Assembly (NCBI GenBank): GCA_963850655.1
Contig: CAWKMI010000017.1
Coordinates: 125,195-189,194 of the forward strand
DNA from: an uncultured Gemmatimonadales bacterium
GTDB lineage: Bacteria; Gemmatimonadota; Gemmatimonadetes; Gemmatimonadales; GWC2-71-9
Direction: 5' to 3'
DNA: 64,000 nucleotides
A program made the translations under genes and the position numbers. Numbering within the stretch: the stretch's first letter is position 1; each line of letters begins with the position of its first letter. Below are positions 18,183-29,160 of the stretch, one piece after another. Under the pieces are notes generated by a model, which was not told the DNA's origin, made no database searches, and saw only the letters and a program-made list of their open reading frames with translations.

Positions 18183-20400
18183 CTACCGCGGCCCGGCGTC
18201 AAGTTCCCGGCGGTACTTCTGGAACAGGGACCGGGCCACGACCAGCGGGTCGCCGCTCGGCGTGGTCCGGAAGGCCGCGTGCTGGCGCGACCACTCCTGC
18301 TCCCACTGACATATATCGGCTGCGAACGGCTGACGATCAAAGGAGCTCCCGGACGCAAGCGATCCGTTCAGCTGGTCGAAGAACTTCTCCCAGCGCGGGA
18401 GGAAGTAGCCGGTGAACATCCCGTGCCATTCCTTGAAGGCATAGAGGTTCAGGTCGTCGTTCTCTCCCTCGGTGCACTTTGTTCCCCACAGCGTGATGAT
18501 GTTGCGGGCGTTCCATTCATAGCGATCACGTTCCGCATCAGTGGTGCCCCACCGTCTTGCCTCGGCGATCCAGCGACCGAGAAGAAACTCCTCGCGCGTG
18601 CCGACCAGCACGTCAAGGTCCTGCAGCAGCACCATCACGCCCTGCTCTGCTGACCGGATCGCGGCGGTGTCCTTCCTCGCGAATGCTGCCTGGACCGCAT
18701 TGACTTTCGGAAGCCCCAGCTGTCCGAGGAGCTGGCGGGTGAGGTTGACCACATCATACCGGTAGGCATCGCTGTGTCCGAGCACCGGCGACGCCGCCAG
18801 GAGTTTCTCCAGCGCCGGCACGAGGAGCTTGAAGTCGTACGGTGCAATCGGTTCGGTCCGGTAGGCAGCCTTGGCGACGTAGAACCCCGGTCGTTCGGCA
18901 AGAAACGTCCCCGTCTGGGCCGGCGAACGATACGCCGTCTCCAGAAGGACCTGCCAGGCTTCCTGGGCCATCGCGTTCTCCACGCCGTACCGCCGCGTCA
19001 CGTAGTCACGCACCCATTCATCGAGGCGAGGAACAGTCGTGCGCCAGGTCATGTCCATCATGAAGTCGGGCACGACCGGGTTGTTGCCAAGGCCTTCCAT
19101 CATCATGCCCAGGCCGACGAGGCGGCCCTTGGCGGGGCTCTGGAGCACGTCGTTGAGGTTCGCGGCGATCTTCGGCAGGTCGCCGTTGAGCGTCACCTTG
19201 CCGCCGAAATTGTAGAGCACATTCCAGATCCAGGGCTTGCCGTAGAACGCCGCGCGCTGGTTCCAGACGGGATGCCGGTCGCCCCAGAGATCGAGCACGA
19301 CCATGCGATCGTCGGGCACCGCGCCGAGGAGCGCCCGGGCCTGCGGCTCCTTCCAGAACTTGGCCTGGTAGTAGAGGAACCACCCCTGCAGCACCCAGAC
19401 CGACGCGGTGTCTGCAGCGCGCATCGACTGATAGACCGCCCGCCCCATTCCGGCGAGAAAGGCCGGATCATCCGAGGGAGGATCAATCTCGTTGAAGCTG
19501 TCGGCCGCATAGTAGTGATCGGTCCCGAACAGCTCGGTCTGCCGTTCGATGAAACGCTGGCCGATTCGCTGGAAGAGCGGATCGAGGGGATCGAGAAACC
19601 ATGTCCCGGAGAATCCCGCCGACCAGTCGCCGGTCTTGTGGATTTTTGCGGCAGGAAAGACCTGCGTGATCGACTCGGGTACATGCCCCGTGAAGCCCTG
19701 TAGCACTGGGGTCATGCCGAGGGTGCGCTCGCGGGCGAGGATCTGGCGCTCGAGGGCGATATGGCTGTCAATCCAACTGTCCGGAAGCGGTCCCCCGAGG
19801 CCGTCGATGTTGCCCATCCAGCCCCAGGGGAGATAGGCCGGGCCGACCAGGAAATCGGCGATCTGTCGCTCGCTGAACCCCATGTCGCGCAGGACCAGCC
19901 GCCAAGTGCCCTCCTGGCCGGTGGCGGCCAGGGGCATGTTGATCCCCTTGAGCGCCATCCAGTCGATCATCCTCTCCCACTCCGACCAGTCCCACCAGGC
20001 CATGCTGTACGAGAAAGTGCAGTAGTTGAAGAAGTAGCGGAGCTCGTAGGGCGTGACGACGTGCACCTTGGCCGGCACGACCGGGAGCGGCCGGGGGAGC
20101 GCGATCGGGCGAGCGGAATCGGCGACGTTGATCCGTGCCACATGTTCGAGGTACCAGTTCAGCGCCGAGGCGATGGCTACCCCGGTGGAGCCCGCGCAGC
20201 ACGATGCGGCCGCCCGGCTCTCGACCTCGAAGACGTCCCTTCCCTGCTCGGCTGCGATCTGCCTCGATCAGGAACGACGCCTCTGGCCGGGAACAACCCG
20301 GTCAATCGAGGGCCGCTAGCAGCCCTGAGGTCGATGGTCGCGTCGCCTCACTGCGAGCGGTGGCCGGGTTGGAGAACAGGACGGTCGGGAGCGCCAGCAT
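18183..20400 (-). pseudogene. GH89 alpha-N-acetylglucosaminidase (NAGLU-like); 652-aa body intact, N-terminal ~90 codons frameshifted
   Basis: ORF 18183..20141 (GTG) holds the TIM-barrel and C-terminal domains (YELRYFFNYCTFSYSMAWWDWSEWERMIDWMALKGINMPLA). Upstream, the NAGLU N-domain is readable only across frames: ASFLIEA / IAAEQGRDVFEVES / GRIVLRG / STGVAIASALNWYLEH. The likely ATG is near 20400 (MLALPTVLFSNPATA). Confidence 0.8.
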
Positions 20401-20458
20401 GGTCGACGAGGGGAAGTGACCACGAGCACCTCATTGACCGGAGGAGCGGCGGGAAGGC

Positions 20459-22037
20459 CTACCAGTCGGTCGGTATGTAGTCCTTCAGGAACTGACCCCA
20501 GACGTGCATGCCGGTATTGATGCCGGCGATGATGGGATCGACGATGCGCGCCGCGCCGTCGACGATATCGAGCGGCGGCGAGAAGCGGTGTTCGAGCATC
20601 TTCCGCTCGGCATCTTCGGCCGGGTCCTCGTCGGTGACCCAGCCGGTATCGACGCTGTTCATGTGGATGCCGTCGGGCGACGTAGTCCGCGGCTGCGGTC
20701 CGGGTCATCATGTTCAGCGCGGCCTTGGCCATGTTGGTGTGCGGATGCCGCGTGGTCTTGAACCGGCGATAGAACTGCCCCTCGACGGCCGACACGTTGA
20801 CGATGTGCTTGTCGCGACCCGGTGTGCGCACCATGAGCGGCTTGAGCCGGGCGTTGATGATGTAGGGAGCGATGGCATTGACGAGCTGCACCTCGAGCAG
20901 CTCGACGGACGGCACCTCGGCCATCAGCAGTCGCCAGGAATTGCGCTCGCGCAGGTCGACCTGCTGGAGATCCTGGTCGAGACGCCCCACCGGAAAGAGG
21001 TCGTGCTCGCCGGGATGATCTTCCGGGAGCAGCGGCACCTGTGACAACCGGGCTGCGTGCGTGAGTCCAGGGGCCCCGCTGATCTGCCGATCGTGCGCGC
21101 CGGTGTTGCGCAGCCTTCGGGGAGGATGTGGTAGCCGCGCAATCCCTCGTACGCTCCGAGCAGCCGCCGCACCGCGTCGGGCATCTCGCTGATCGCCGCG
21201 GTTTCACCCTCCATCATGTGCCGGTAGAACTCCGGCGGGCGGCGCACCGTCTGGCAGGCGTTGTTGATGATGAAGTCGAGCCGATCGTGCGCCCGCAGCA
21301 TCTGGCGGCAGAACTCCTCGACACTCGGCGTGTGGCGCAGGTCGAGACCATAGATCTCGAGGCGGTCGCTCCACAGGGTCAAAATCCGGTTCCTGCGCAA
21401 AGCGCCTGGCCGAGTCTCGTGGAAAGCGAGTGGTGACGATCAGGTGCGCACCACACCGCAGCAACTTGAGGCCTGCCTGATAGCCGATCTTGACGCGCCC
21501 ACCGGTCACCAGCGCCACTCGGCCCCGCAGGTCCGCGAGTTCGGTGCGCTTGGCAAAGTTGAACTCGGCGCACGGGGGACAGAGCTGGTCGTAGAAGTGA
21601 TGAACGGTGCTGAAATCTTTCTTGCAGACGTAGCAGTTCTGCGGCTCCCCTGTCTCGCTGGCGGCCGACGGCTCGGGCGAGCCGGCGACGGTGCCCTGCT
21701 CCGCCTCGGGAAGGAGGAAGTAGTTCGGGGTGGTGAACACCGCCTGGCGCCGGAGGCGCCGAATCCCCGTCCCGGCCAGGACGTCCTCCTCGGCCTTGAT
21801 CTGCTGCTTCTTCCGGAGGCGGTGGGTGGCCTTCACCAGCTGCCGTCGGGCGTTGATGTCCGGGCTGTAGACCTGGCCGGCGGCCGCCAGCATCCGGAGC
21901 CGGTCTTCCCTCGGCAGGCCCGCCAGCAGCGAGCGGTCGGCGGCCACCATCTCGAGGAATTCGGCAACCGACCGCATCCGTTCGAGAAATTCGGCGGACG
22001 CGGGGGTATCCGAGATCGGGTGATCCGGGGCAGTCAT
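20459..22037 (-). pseudogene. Long-form SDR-family oxidoreductase with an N-terminal Cys-rich extension, frameshifted
   Basis: Fragments 21204..22202 (ATG 22037, MTAPDHPISD; CYVCKK...CPPCAEF; Rossmann ALVTGGRVKIGYQAGLKLL), 20924..21400, 20316..21047 (IVNVSAVEGQF...[15 protein letters not shown]) and 20459..20662 ([13 protein letters not shown]...[10 protein letters not shown]). Confidence 0.6.
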
Positions 22038-22063
22038 GAAGGCGAAGCTAATGCCGCGGCGGG

Positions 22064-23043
22064 TTAGCGCGAAACGGAGCGCTGGTAGGCCATCGCCTCC
22101 AGCGCCTTGATGCGCCGGTCCATCGGCGGATGGGTGGCCCAGAGGTCGGCCCAGCGGCCGTCCCGCCGGTTGACCGCGTACCCGACCGGGTCGGCAATGC
22201 ACAGGGCGGCGCTGCCGAGCTTGATTGCTTCCGTCGGCGTGGTCTGGGCATCGATCTTCCGGAGGGCGTTGGCGAGCGCGAGGGGATTGCGGGTGAGCTC
22301 CGCCCCCGACGCATCGGCGAGATACTCACGGGTCCGCGAGACCGACATCGCGAGAATCCTGGCCAGGATCGGCGCGACGAGGATGACCAGCAGCCAGATC
22401 AGGAAATAGACCAGGAAGGTGATGCCGCCCTTCTTGCTGACACGCCGTGGGCCACCGAAGCGCCACCCGCGACGCGACCAGTCGGAGAGGAGCACCACCG
22501 CCCCGGTGAGTGCGGCGATGACCATCATCAACCGGATATCAAGGTTCTTGATATGGCCCATCTCGTGGGCCACCACGGCCTGCAACTCTTCGCGGTTGAG
22601 CGACCGCAGCAACCCCTCCGTGACCGCGATCGAGGCGTGCTCGGGATCGCGGCCGGTGGCGAAGGCGTTGGCGTCGGCGTCCGGAATGACATAGGAATCC
22701 GGCACCGGCAGCCCGGCGGCGATCGCCACCTCTTCGACGATGTTCTTGAACTGCTGATAGCGAAGGCGATCATCGTCGGTCCTGACCGTCGCCAGCCGTG
22801 CGTCGACCGGCACGGCCATCGCCGAGGCCGAGGATGGCACGGTCCCCATTGCGCATGGTGAACCAGGCCGACCCCCCACCGAGGGCGATGCCGCTCAGGG
22901 TGCCGATCGGCAGGTAGGTGGCCCCGCCGCCAATGATGAACAGATCCAGCCCCGCCCCGACGGCGGCGAGGACCAGGGCGAAGACGATCATCACCAGCCA
23001 GGTGCGCCGGCGGTTCGCTACCTGCTGCTCGAGAAGGTTCACA
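22064..23043 (-). pseudogene. M48-family (HtpX-like) zinc metalloprotease, one frameshift near 22840
   Basis: ORF 22064..22879 carries HEMGHIKNLD (HExxH) and the C-terminal TM helices. The N-terminal TM part (VNLLEQQVANRRRTWLVMIVFALVLAAVGAGL, GTG ~23043) is in the frame of ORF 22770..23138. It lies immediately downstream of lemA. Confidence 0.75.
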
Positions 23044-23052
23044 GCTACGCCA

Positions 23053-23622
23053 TCAGGTCGGCGGCCGCATCCCGAGATCGACGGACGGCACCGCGCGCTC
23101 GGCCTCGTCGCTGATCTGGTAGAGCTCCGCCGGCGCAAAGCCGAATCGCGAGGCGACCATGTTCGACGGGAATGTCTCGCGCGCGATGTTCAGCTTGGTC
23201 GCCACGTCGTTGTAGAACTGGCGCGCAAACCCGATCTTGTTTTCGGTCGAGGATAGCTCTTCCTGCAGCAGCTTGACGTTCTCGTTGGACTTGAGCTGGG
23301 GGTAGTTCTCCGCCACGGCGAGCAGCCGCCCGAGGACCGCTCCCAGTTCCCCTTCCTTGCGCGCAGCGTCGGCCGGACCGGCTGCGCCCATCGCCCTGGC
23401 GCGCGCGTCCATCACGGCGGTGAGCGTACCGCGCTCGAACTCCATGGCACCCTTGACGGTGTTGACCAGGTTGGGGATGAGGTCGTGGCGGCGCTTCAAC
23501 TGGACGTCGATCTGGCGCCAGCCGTTCTGGGTCTGGTTTCGCAGCCCAACGAGGCGATTGTACATCGAGACCGCCCAGAGGGCAACGACGACGATCAGGC
23601 CAAGCAGGAACAGGAACGGCAT
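23053..23622 (-). CDS. lemA: LemA family protein
   Basis: Start at MPFLFLLGLIVVVALWAVSMYNRLVGLRNQTQNGWRQIDVQLKRRHDLIPNLVNTVKG (ATG 23622). This is the classic LemA N-terminal anchor and helical-domain pattern. Confidence 0.85.
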   Translation of the reverse strand: MPFLFLLGLIVVVALWAVSMYNRLVGLRNQTQNGWRQIDVQLKRRHDLIPNLVNTVKGAMEFERGTLTAVMDARARAMGAAGPADAARKEGELGAVLGRLLAVAENYPQLKSNENVKLLQEELSSTENKIGFARQFYNDVATKLNIARETFPSNMVASRFGFAPAELYQISDEAERAVPSVDLGMRPPT

Positions 23623-23729
23623 GCGACCTCGTTCGGTCCCTCCGCGTTGGGCGGCACGAAATACGACGCCCATCCAGGGCCGCCGGGAATCCGGGGGGAA
23701 TATAGCGTCCATGGCGCTATCATACCGGG

Positions 23730-24463
23730 ATGATCGAAGTCTCCCAGCTCTCCAAATCGTATGGAACGATGGTGGCGGTCGATGCGCTCTCGTTCGGCGT
23801 CGCCCCGGGCCAGGTCCTCGGTCTCGTCGGCCCCAACGGGGCCGGCAAGACCACGACGCTGCGCTGCCTGTGCGGCATCCTCACACCGTCATCAGGGACG
23901 ATCCGGATCGCCGGGCATGACCTGCACATGGACGGCCCAGGGGCGAAGGCCGAACTTGCCTTCATCCCGGATGAGCCGGAGCTGTTCGACTACCTGACGG
24001 TCGAGGAGCACCTCAGGTTCATCGGACGATTGTACGGGGTCGCCGACGCACCGGCCCGCGCACCCGTGCTGCTCGAGGAGCTGGAGCTCACCGAGAAACG
24101 AAAGGTGCTCCCCGGCGAACTGTCGCGCGGGATGAAGCAGAAGCTCGCCATCGCCTGCGGGCTGCTGCACAACCCCAAAGTCTTGATTCTCGACGAGCCG
24201 CTGACGGGCCTTGACCCGGCCGGCATCAAGAAGATGAAGGCGACCATCACGGCGCGAGCCAGGGACGGCGCGGCCGTGATCCTCAGTTCCCACCTGCTCC
24301 ACCTGGTCGAGGAACTCTGCAGCACCTTGCTGGTGATCCGGCGCGGGCGATGCGTCGCCCTGGGCACGCTCGATCAAATCGTCGCTGGACGACCAGACCT
24401 CGCGGGACAGAGCCTCGAGGACATCTTCCTCTCCCTGACGGGTCAGAGGGAGCCTCGGCATGA
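23730..24463 (+). CDS. ABC transporter ATP-binding protein (ABC-2/DrrA-like); the extreme 3' end is probably frameshifted
   Basis: Walker A GPNGAGKTT, signature LSRGMKQKL, Walker B VLILDEP, H-loop SSHLL. The track ORF reads on to 25946 in a compositionally junk frame. A one-nucleotide shift after LSLTGQ gives ...EGASA-TGA, which overlaps the next ATG (24460) as ATGA. Confidence 0.85.
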
Positions 24464-26211
24464 ACAGCAAGGCGGGCGCCCTGGCGTTCCTCCTCGTCCG
24501 CAGCACCCGCAACCGGGTCGTCAAGCAGGTGTCACGGGTCAGGAATCCCGCGATACGCCTTCGCCCTGCTGTTCGGCGTCGGCTACTTCTATCTCGTGTT
24601 CCTTCGCCAGGCGGAATGTCGCCAGGAGCAGTGACGGAGCCGCAACTTGCCCCCGTACACTCGGCGATCCTCAGCGGCATGCTGGTCTTCCTCACCGTCG
24701 CCGTGACCTGGCTGTTCGGCCGCACCGGCGGCGCCCTCGCCTTCCTCCCCGCCGAGGTCCAGCTCCTCTTCTCAGGCCCGCTCTCTCGACGCGAACTGAT
24801 CGGCTATCGGATGGTTCGCTCCCAGCTGGTCCTGCTGCTGAACGCGCTGATCTGGACGCGTGCTGCTGCGACGATTCGGCCTCTACTCTTCCCGCACCCA
24901 TGCGCTTTGCTCAGTGCCTGGGCGGGCTTCTCGGTCCTGTCCTGCATCAGCTCGGCACCGCCCTGGTGCTGGCCCCGGTGCCGCACGGCGGCCGACGCAT
25001 TGCCGGTCTGGCCGGCCAGGGGCTGGCCACCGCGGCGGTGGTCGCCATCGTCGCCGGCATGCTCCTGCCGCTCTATCTGCCGGCGCGCCGAGCTCGAGAG
25101 TGGCGGATGGCTCTGCCAGATGCGGCAATGGCGGTCGCCTCGCCGCCCATCAGCGTGGTGCTCGCCCCGTTTCATCTGATCGTCGCTCCAATGCATGGCG
25201 ACATCGATCGGGATTGGCTGGCCGCCATTGCCGTGGTGCTCGGGATCATCGCCCTGCATGTCGCCTGGGCGCTGCTCGATGAACGTGGAGTTCGCGGATC
25301 TCGCCGTGGCGGCTTCCGCCAAGCGGGCGGACCGGATGGCCGCCATGCAAGCGCCGCGCCGAGGAGGCTCAAGCGATGGCCCCGAAGAGCAGGCAAGGCC
25401 GCCCGGCATTGGCTGCCACTGGCCCCCGCTGGGAATCCCGGCGATCGCGATAGCGTGGAAGAACACCATGTCCTATTCCGTGGCAGCGGCGCGCGCACAT
25501 TCGTCATCGTCGTGGCGATCGGTGTCGTTGTGGTGATGTCGCAGGGCATGGGTCCGGCGATGGCGCAGGTGATGGCGCCGGGGCCGCCATGCCCTATTCA
25601 TGTTGCTCGTCTCGATGACCATGCTGATGGGACCGCGCATGCTGCGCAACGATTTGCGCCAGGACCTGCTACGGCTCTCTACCCTGAAGACGTACCCTTT
25701 GAAGGGAAGCGCCTGGTGGCGGCCGAGATGCTCTCGCCGACCCTGGTGCTGACCGCGTTCCAGTTCCTGCTGCTGGCGATCGGCTATGCCATGATCCCCG
25801 ATGCCGGGCATACCGTGGCCGAGATCGGCCTCTCTCCGGGGCTCCTCGTGGTCTTCCTGGGTGCGCTGCTGGCATCAACGGGGTCAACTCGTCATCCAGA
25901 ACGGCATCGACCTGATGTTTCCGTCCTGGGTGCGGCTGGGAGCTGATTCCGGTGGTGTTGAGGCGATGGGGCAGAATCTCCTGGTCACATTCGGCTCAAT
26001 GTTCGCCCTGCTGCTGGCGCTGCTGCTTCCGGTCGGCGCTGGCGTCGCACTGGTGGTCTTTATGGAGTTCGCTGCCGGAAGTGCGGCGATGGGCGGAGCG
26101 TTGGCGGCTGGCGGGGTCGTCGCCGTCCTGCTAATGGCCGCCGAGATCGCCGCCATGGTGAACATCTTCGGGCGGACCTTCGACCGGATCGACCCGACTG
26201 CTATCGGGTAG
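24460..26211 (+). pseudogene. Putative ABC-exporter membrane protein (partner of the upstream ATPase), multiply frameshifted
   Basis: Fragments 24460..25179, 23730..25946 (middle), 25195..25536 and 25801..26211. Readable segments: MNSKAGALAFLLVRSTRNRVVKQVSRVRNP, YAFALLFGVGYFYLVFL (third frame), ALAFLPAEVQLLFSGPLSRRELIGYRMVRSQLVLLLNA, LKTYPLKGKRLVAAEMLSP, and the tail GQNLLVTFGSMFALLLALLLPVGAGVALV...FDRIDPTAIG. Confidence 0.5.
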
Positions 26212-26252
26212 GTTCGCGAAGGCCCGCACCGGCCTGCCGGGACGCCCCCGGA

Positions 26253-27941
26253 TCAGGACAACCCTTCGATCACCCCATCGGGGCGAACCCGCATCCCCTC
26301 GGCAGCCGGGACCTTCGGAAGCCCTGGCATCGTCATGATGTCGCCGGTCTTGGCCACCACAAACCCGGCGCCTGCCGAGCCCCACACCTCGTTGACCGTG
26401 ATCCGGAACCCGGTCGGGCGGCCGAGCTTGCTCGCGTCGTCAGTGAGCGAGTACTGCGTCTTGGCCATGCACACGGGCGTGTCGCCCATGCCGATCGACT
26501 CGAGATAATCGATGGCCCGGCTCGCTGCCGGGGTATAGTCCACGCCATCGGCACCATACACCTTGCGCGACGATGGTCTCGATCTTCGCCTTGATCGGAA
26601 GAGCGGTCTCGTAGATCGGCTTGAACTTGGCCGTCCCGCCATCGAGCAGTTCCTGGACGACCTTCGCCAGCGCCTCGCCGCCCTCGCCGCCTTTGGCCCA
26701 GACATCGCACAACGCCACCGGCACGCCGAGCTTCTCGACGTGTGCGGTGATCAGCGCGATTTCGGCCGGCGTGTCGCTCAGGCGGCGGTTGATCGCGACC
26801 ACGACCGGCACGCCGAACTGCGCACGTTCATGATGTGATGATCGAGATGCGGCAGCCCGCGCTCGAGCGCGCCGAGGTCTTCCTTGTCGAGCGCGTTCTT
26901 CGGAGCGCCGCCCTGCATCTTGAGCGAGCGAATGGTGGCGACGAGCACGCCGACCTCCGGGTTGAGTCCGCCGACGCGGCACTTGATGTCGAAGAACTTC
27001 TCGGCGCCAAGGTCGGAGCCGAATCCGGCCTCGGTGATCACGACATCGCCGAGGGCGAGGGCGGTGCGTGTCGCCACGAGACTGTTGCACCCGTGCGCGA
27101 TGTTGCCGAACGGTCCCGCGTGGACCAGCGCCGGGCCGCCTTCGAGGGTCTGCACCAGGTTCGGCCGCAGCGCGTCCTTGAGCAGCAGCGTCATGGCGCC
27201 GATCGCCTTGAGGTCGCGCGCGCGCACCGGCTGCGGTTGGCGCCGGCGGTGGAGCCGACGATGATGCGACCGAGCCGCATCCTCGAGGTCGTCCAGGCTG
27301 CTCGCCAGCGCGAGGATCGCCATGATTTCGCTGGCCGGAATGATCACCCACCGCTCCTCGCGCGGGACCCCTTCGCCCACCCCACCCAGGCCGATGACCG
27401 CGTGCCGCAGCGCGCGATCATTCATGTCGATGGTGCGCGGCCACGTGATCCGGCGCGGATCGAGGGAGGTCGGGTTTCCCTGCTGCAGCGAGTTGTCCAT
27501 CATGGCCGAAAGCAGCGAGTGGGCACTCGAGATGGCGTGGAAGTCGCCGGTGAAATGCAGGTTGATGTCCTCCATCGGGAGCACCTGCGCGTAGCCACCG
27601 CCGGCTGCGCCACCCTTCACGCCGAACACGGGGCCAAGGGAAGGTTCGCGCATGCACAGCACGGCATTGGTCCCCAGCCGCCGGAACGCCTGAGCCAGCC
27701 CGACGCTCACGGTGCTCTTCCCTTCTCCCGCTGGTGTCGGGGATATGGCCGTGACCAGCACGAGCCGGCCTCGCGGCGGTCGCGTGGCCAGTTCCAGGGG
27801 CAACTTGGCCTTGTACTTGCCGTACATGTCGATGTCGTCGACGCCGAGTCCGAGGTCGGCGGCGACTGCGGTGATGGGACGGAGCTGGGTGCTCTGGGCG
27901 ATTTCGATATCAGACGGCACGGCGACGGCGGTCACATTCAC
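26253..27941 (-). pseudogene. fhs: Formate--tetrahydrofolate ligase, frameshifted in the C-terminal third
   Basis: ORF 26778..27941 (GTG start) holds the N-terminal 387 aa, including [15 protein letters not shown] and [22 protein letters not shown]. The continuation is in 26440..27351 ([20 protein letters not shown]...VWAKGGEGG) and 26253..26705 (VYGADGVDYTPAASRAIDYLESIGMGDTPVCMAKTQYSLTDD). Confidence 0.85.
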
Positions 27942-28339
27942 TCCACGGAAAAGGATGGCACTGGGCCGTCAACCGATGCGGCCCGGGGGGTTGAACAGCG
28001 CCCCTCCGGCGGATCACCTTCGCGCGGAGGGAACGAGTGGAAGTCCTTCTCCACGAGAATCCGGAAGACCCCACCGGTGGTGGGCTGCTCGGCAGCAATG
28101 CCGACCTCGTCGCTCTGTGCCCATCGCTCAGCGAGCAGCCGGGGCACCTGCACTTCGATGGTGTCATCATCGAACCGCGTCGTCACTTCATGGCCCGCGG
28201 TGACGCAAAGCGCGTAGGCGAACACGGCACCGTTCGGGAAGCGCGCCACTGACTGCACCCGCATCCCGCGCCCCACCAACTCGACCTCCTCAGGAGTCAA
28301 CCGCAAACGGACCGACGACTCGAGCATTCGCAATTTCAT
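27938..28339 (-). CDS. Small conserved hypothetical protein (resembles DUF7009-type proteins, from memory)
   Basis: Start at [22 protein letters not shown] (ATG 28339, overlapping the mobA stop as ATGA). Internal motif [11 protein letters not shown]. Its stop overlaps the fhs GTG as GTGA. The last ~30 codons may be out of frame. Confidence 0.45.
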   Translation of the reverse strand: MKLRMLESSVRLRLTPEEVELVGRGMRVQSVARFPNGAVFAYALCVTAGHEVTTRFDDDTIEVQVPRLLAERWAQSDEVGIAAEQPTTGGVFRILVEKDFHSFPPREGDPPEGRCSTPRAASVDGPVPSFSVE

Positions 28340-28944
28340 GTACTCGCTCCCGCAGCTGCGAGAAGTTGATCGAGCATCAGGAGGTCCGTTCGCGCGTTGG
28401 CGTTGGCGAAAGCCTCGCGGTCCGGGGAGGCGTCGAACAGAACGCTTCGCTGCATATCGGTCCAGGCCCGGACCGCACGGCCAGGACCTTGGAGAAAGGT
28501 CCGCAGGGACCACCGGAGATTGGTACGCAGGAGCATGAAGAGAGGTTGGCAGCGCTCGCCGTCATGCGGGATGGCGAGATCTGCGGGGCGGGCGGGCATC
28601 GCGGCGGCAAGCTGCGCCACCAGTGTGGTCGACAACAGTGGCGCATCACCCGGACAGCAAAAGGTGTACGGTGTCTCGATGCGGTCCAGCGCCGTGAGGA
28701 GCCCGCCGAGCGGCCCGAGTCCGGCGCGCTCGTCCGCCACCACCGTGTCTCCCCATCCGGCATACCGGTCGAGTTCCCGGTTCGCGCTGATCACGATCCG
28801 GCCAACCTGCGGGGCGAGGCGCCGGCGGACGTGCAGCACCAGCGGGATGCCGACGAGGAGCTCGAGCGCCTTCTCCCGCCCCTCCATGCGGCGCCCCTCG
28901 CCGCCGCAGAGGATGACCCCGGTGATCTCCGAACGATCGATCAC
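28336..28944 (-). CDS. mobA: Molybdenum cofactor guanylyltransferase
   Basis: Start at (V)IDRSEITGVILCGGEGRRMEGREKALEL (GTG ~28944, overlapping the fdsD stop as GTGA). Motifs GPLGGLLTAL and FCCPGDAPLL. About 202 aa, typical for MobA. Confidence 0.75.
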   Translation of the reverse strand: MIDRSEITGVILCGGEGRRMEGREKALELLVGIPLVLHVRRRLAPQVGRIVISANRELDRYAGWGDTVVADERAGLGPLGGLLTALDRIETPYTFCCPGDAPLLSTTLVAQLAAAMPARPADLAIPHDGERCQPLFMLLRTNLRWSLRTFLQGPGRAVRAWTDMQRSVLFDASPDREAFANANARTDLLMLDQLLAAAGAST

Positions 28945-29160
28945 GCCGCGGTATCCGCGAGGATGCGGTCGGCCGCTTCGGCGACGAGTGGGTGCAGCGC
29001 CGGTGTGCTGGCGCGGCGGATCGCAAACAGCTCGTCGCGCATCGCGGGAGTCCAGAACTTGACCAGGTGGTCTGCACGCCCTCAACCGCCTCCGCATGGG
29101 AATATGGCTCGAAGAACTGGCGATCTGCGTCGACATGCGGACCAGGTCAGTCGGCAACAT
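28941..29160 (-). pseudogene. fdsD: Formate dehydrogenase delta subunit (FdsD-like), ~73 codons split over frames
   Basis: It is not visible as a single track ORF. Reading from ATG ~29160 with two frame changes gives MLPTDLVRMSTQIA / (D)RQFFEPYSHAEAVEGV / KFWTPAMRDELFAIRRASTPALHPLVAEAADRILADTAA-stop. This matches the FdsD pattern (LVRMANQIA.FF ... FW.P.MR) as I recall it. Confidence 0.5.

Noticed and set aside
20141-20143. The GTG at 20141 as the true start of the GH89 gene
   Set aside because: The conserved NAGLU N-terminal domain sequence (DVFEVES…STGVAIASALNWYLEH) continues directly upstream, partly in the same frame and partly shifted. The ORF is therefore N-terminally truncated by frame breaks and does not genuinely start there.
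23730-25946. A 738-aa ORF that looks like a giant ABC ATPase fusion protein
   Set aside because: Only the first ~243 aa are ABC ATPase. The rest is Arg/Pro/Gly-rich read-through, running out of frame over the neighbouring membrane-protein gene. A one-nucleotide shift restores a stop that overlaps the next ATG.
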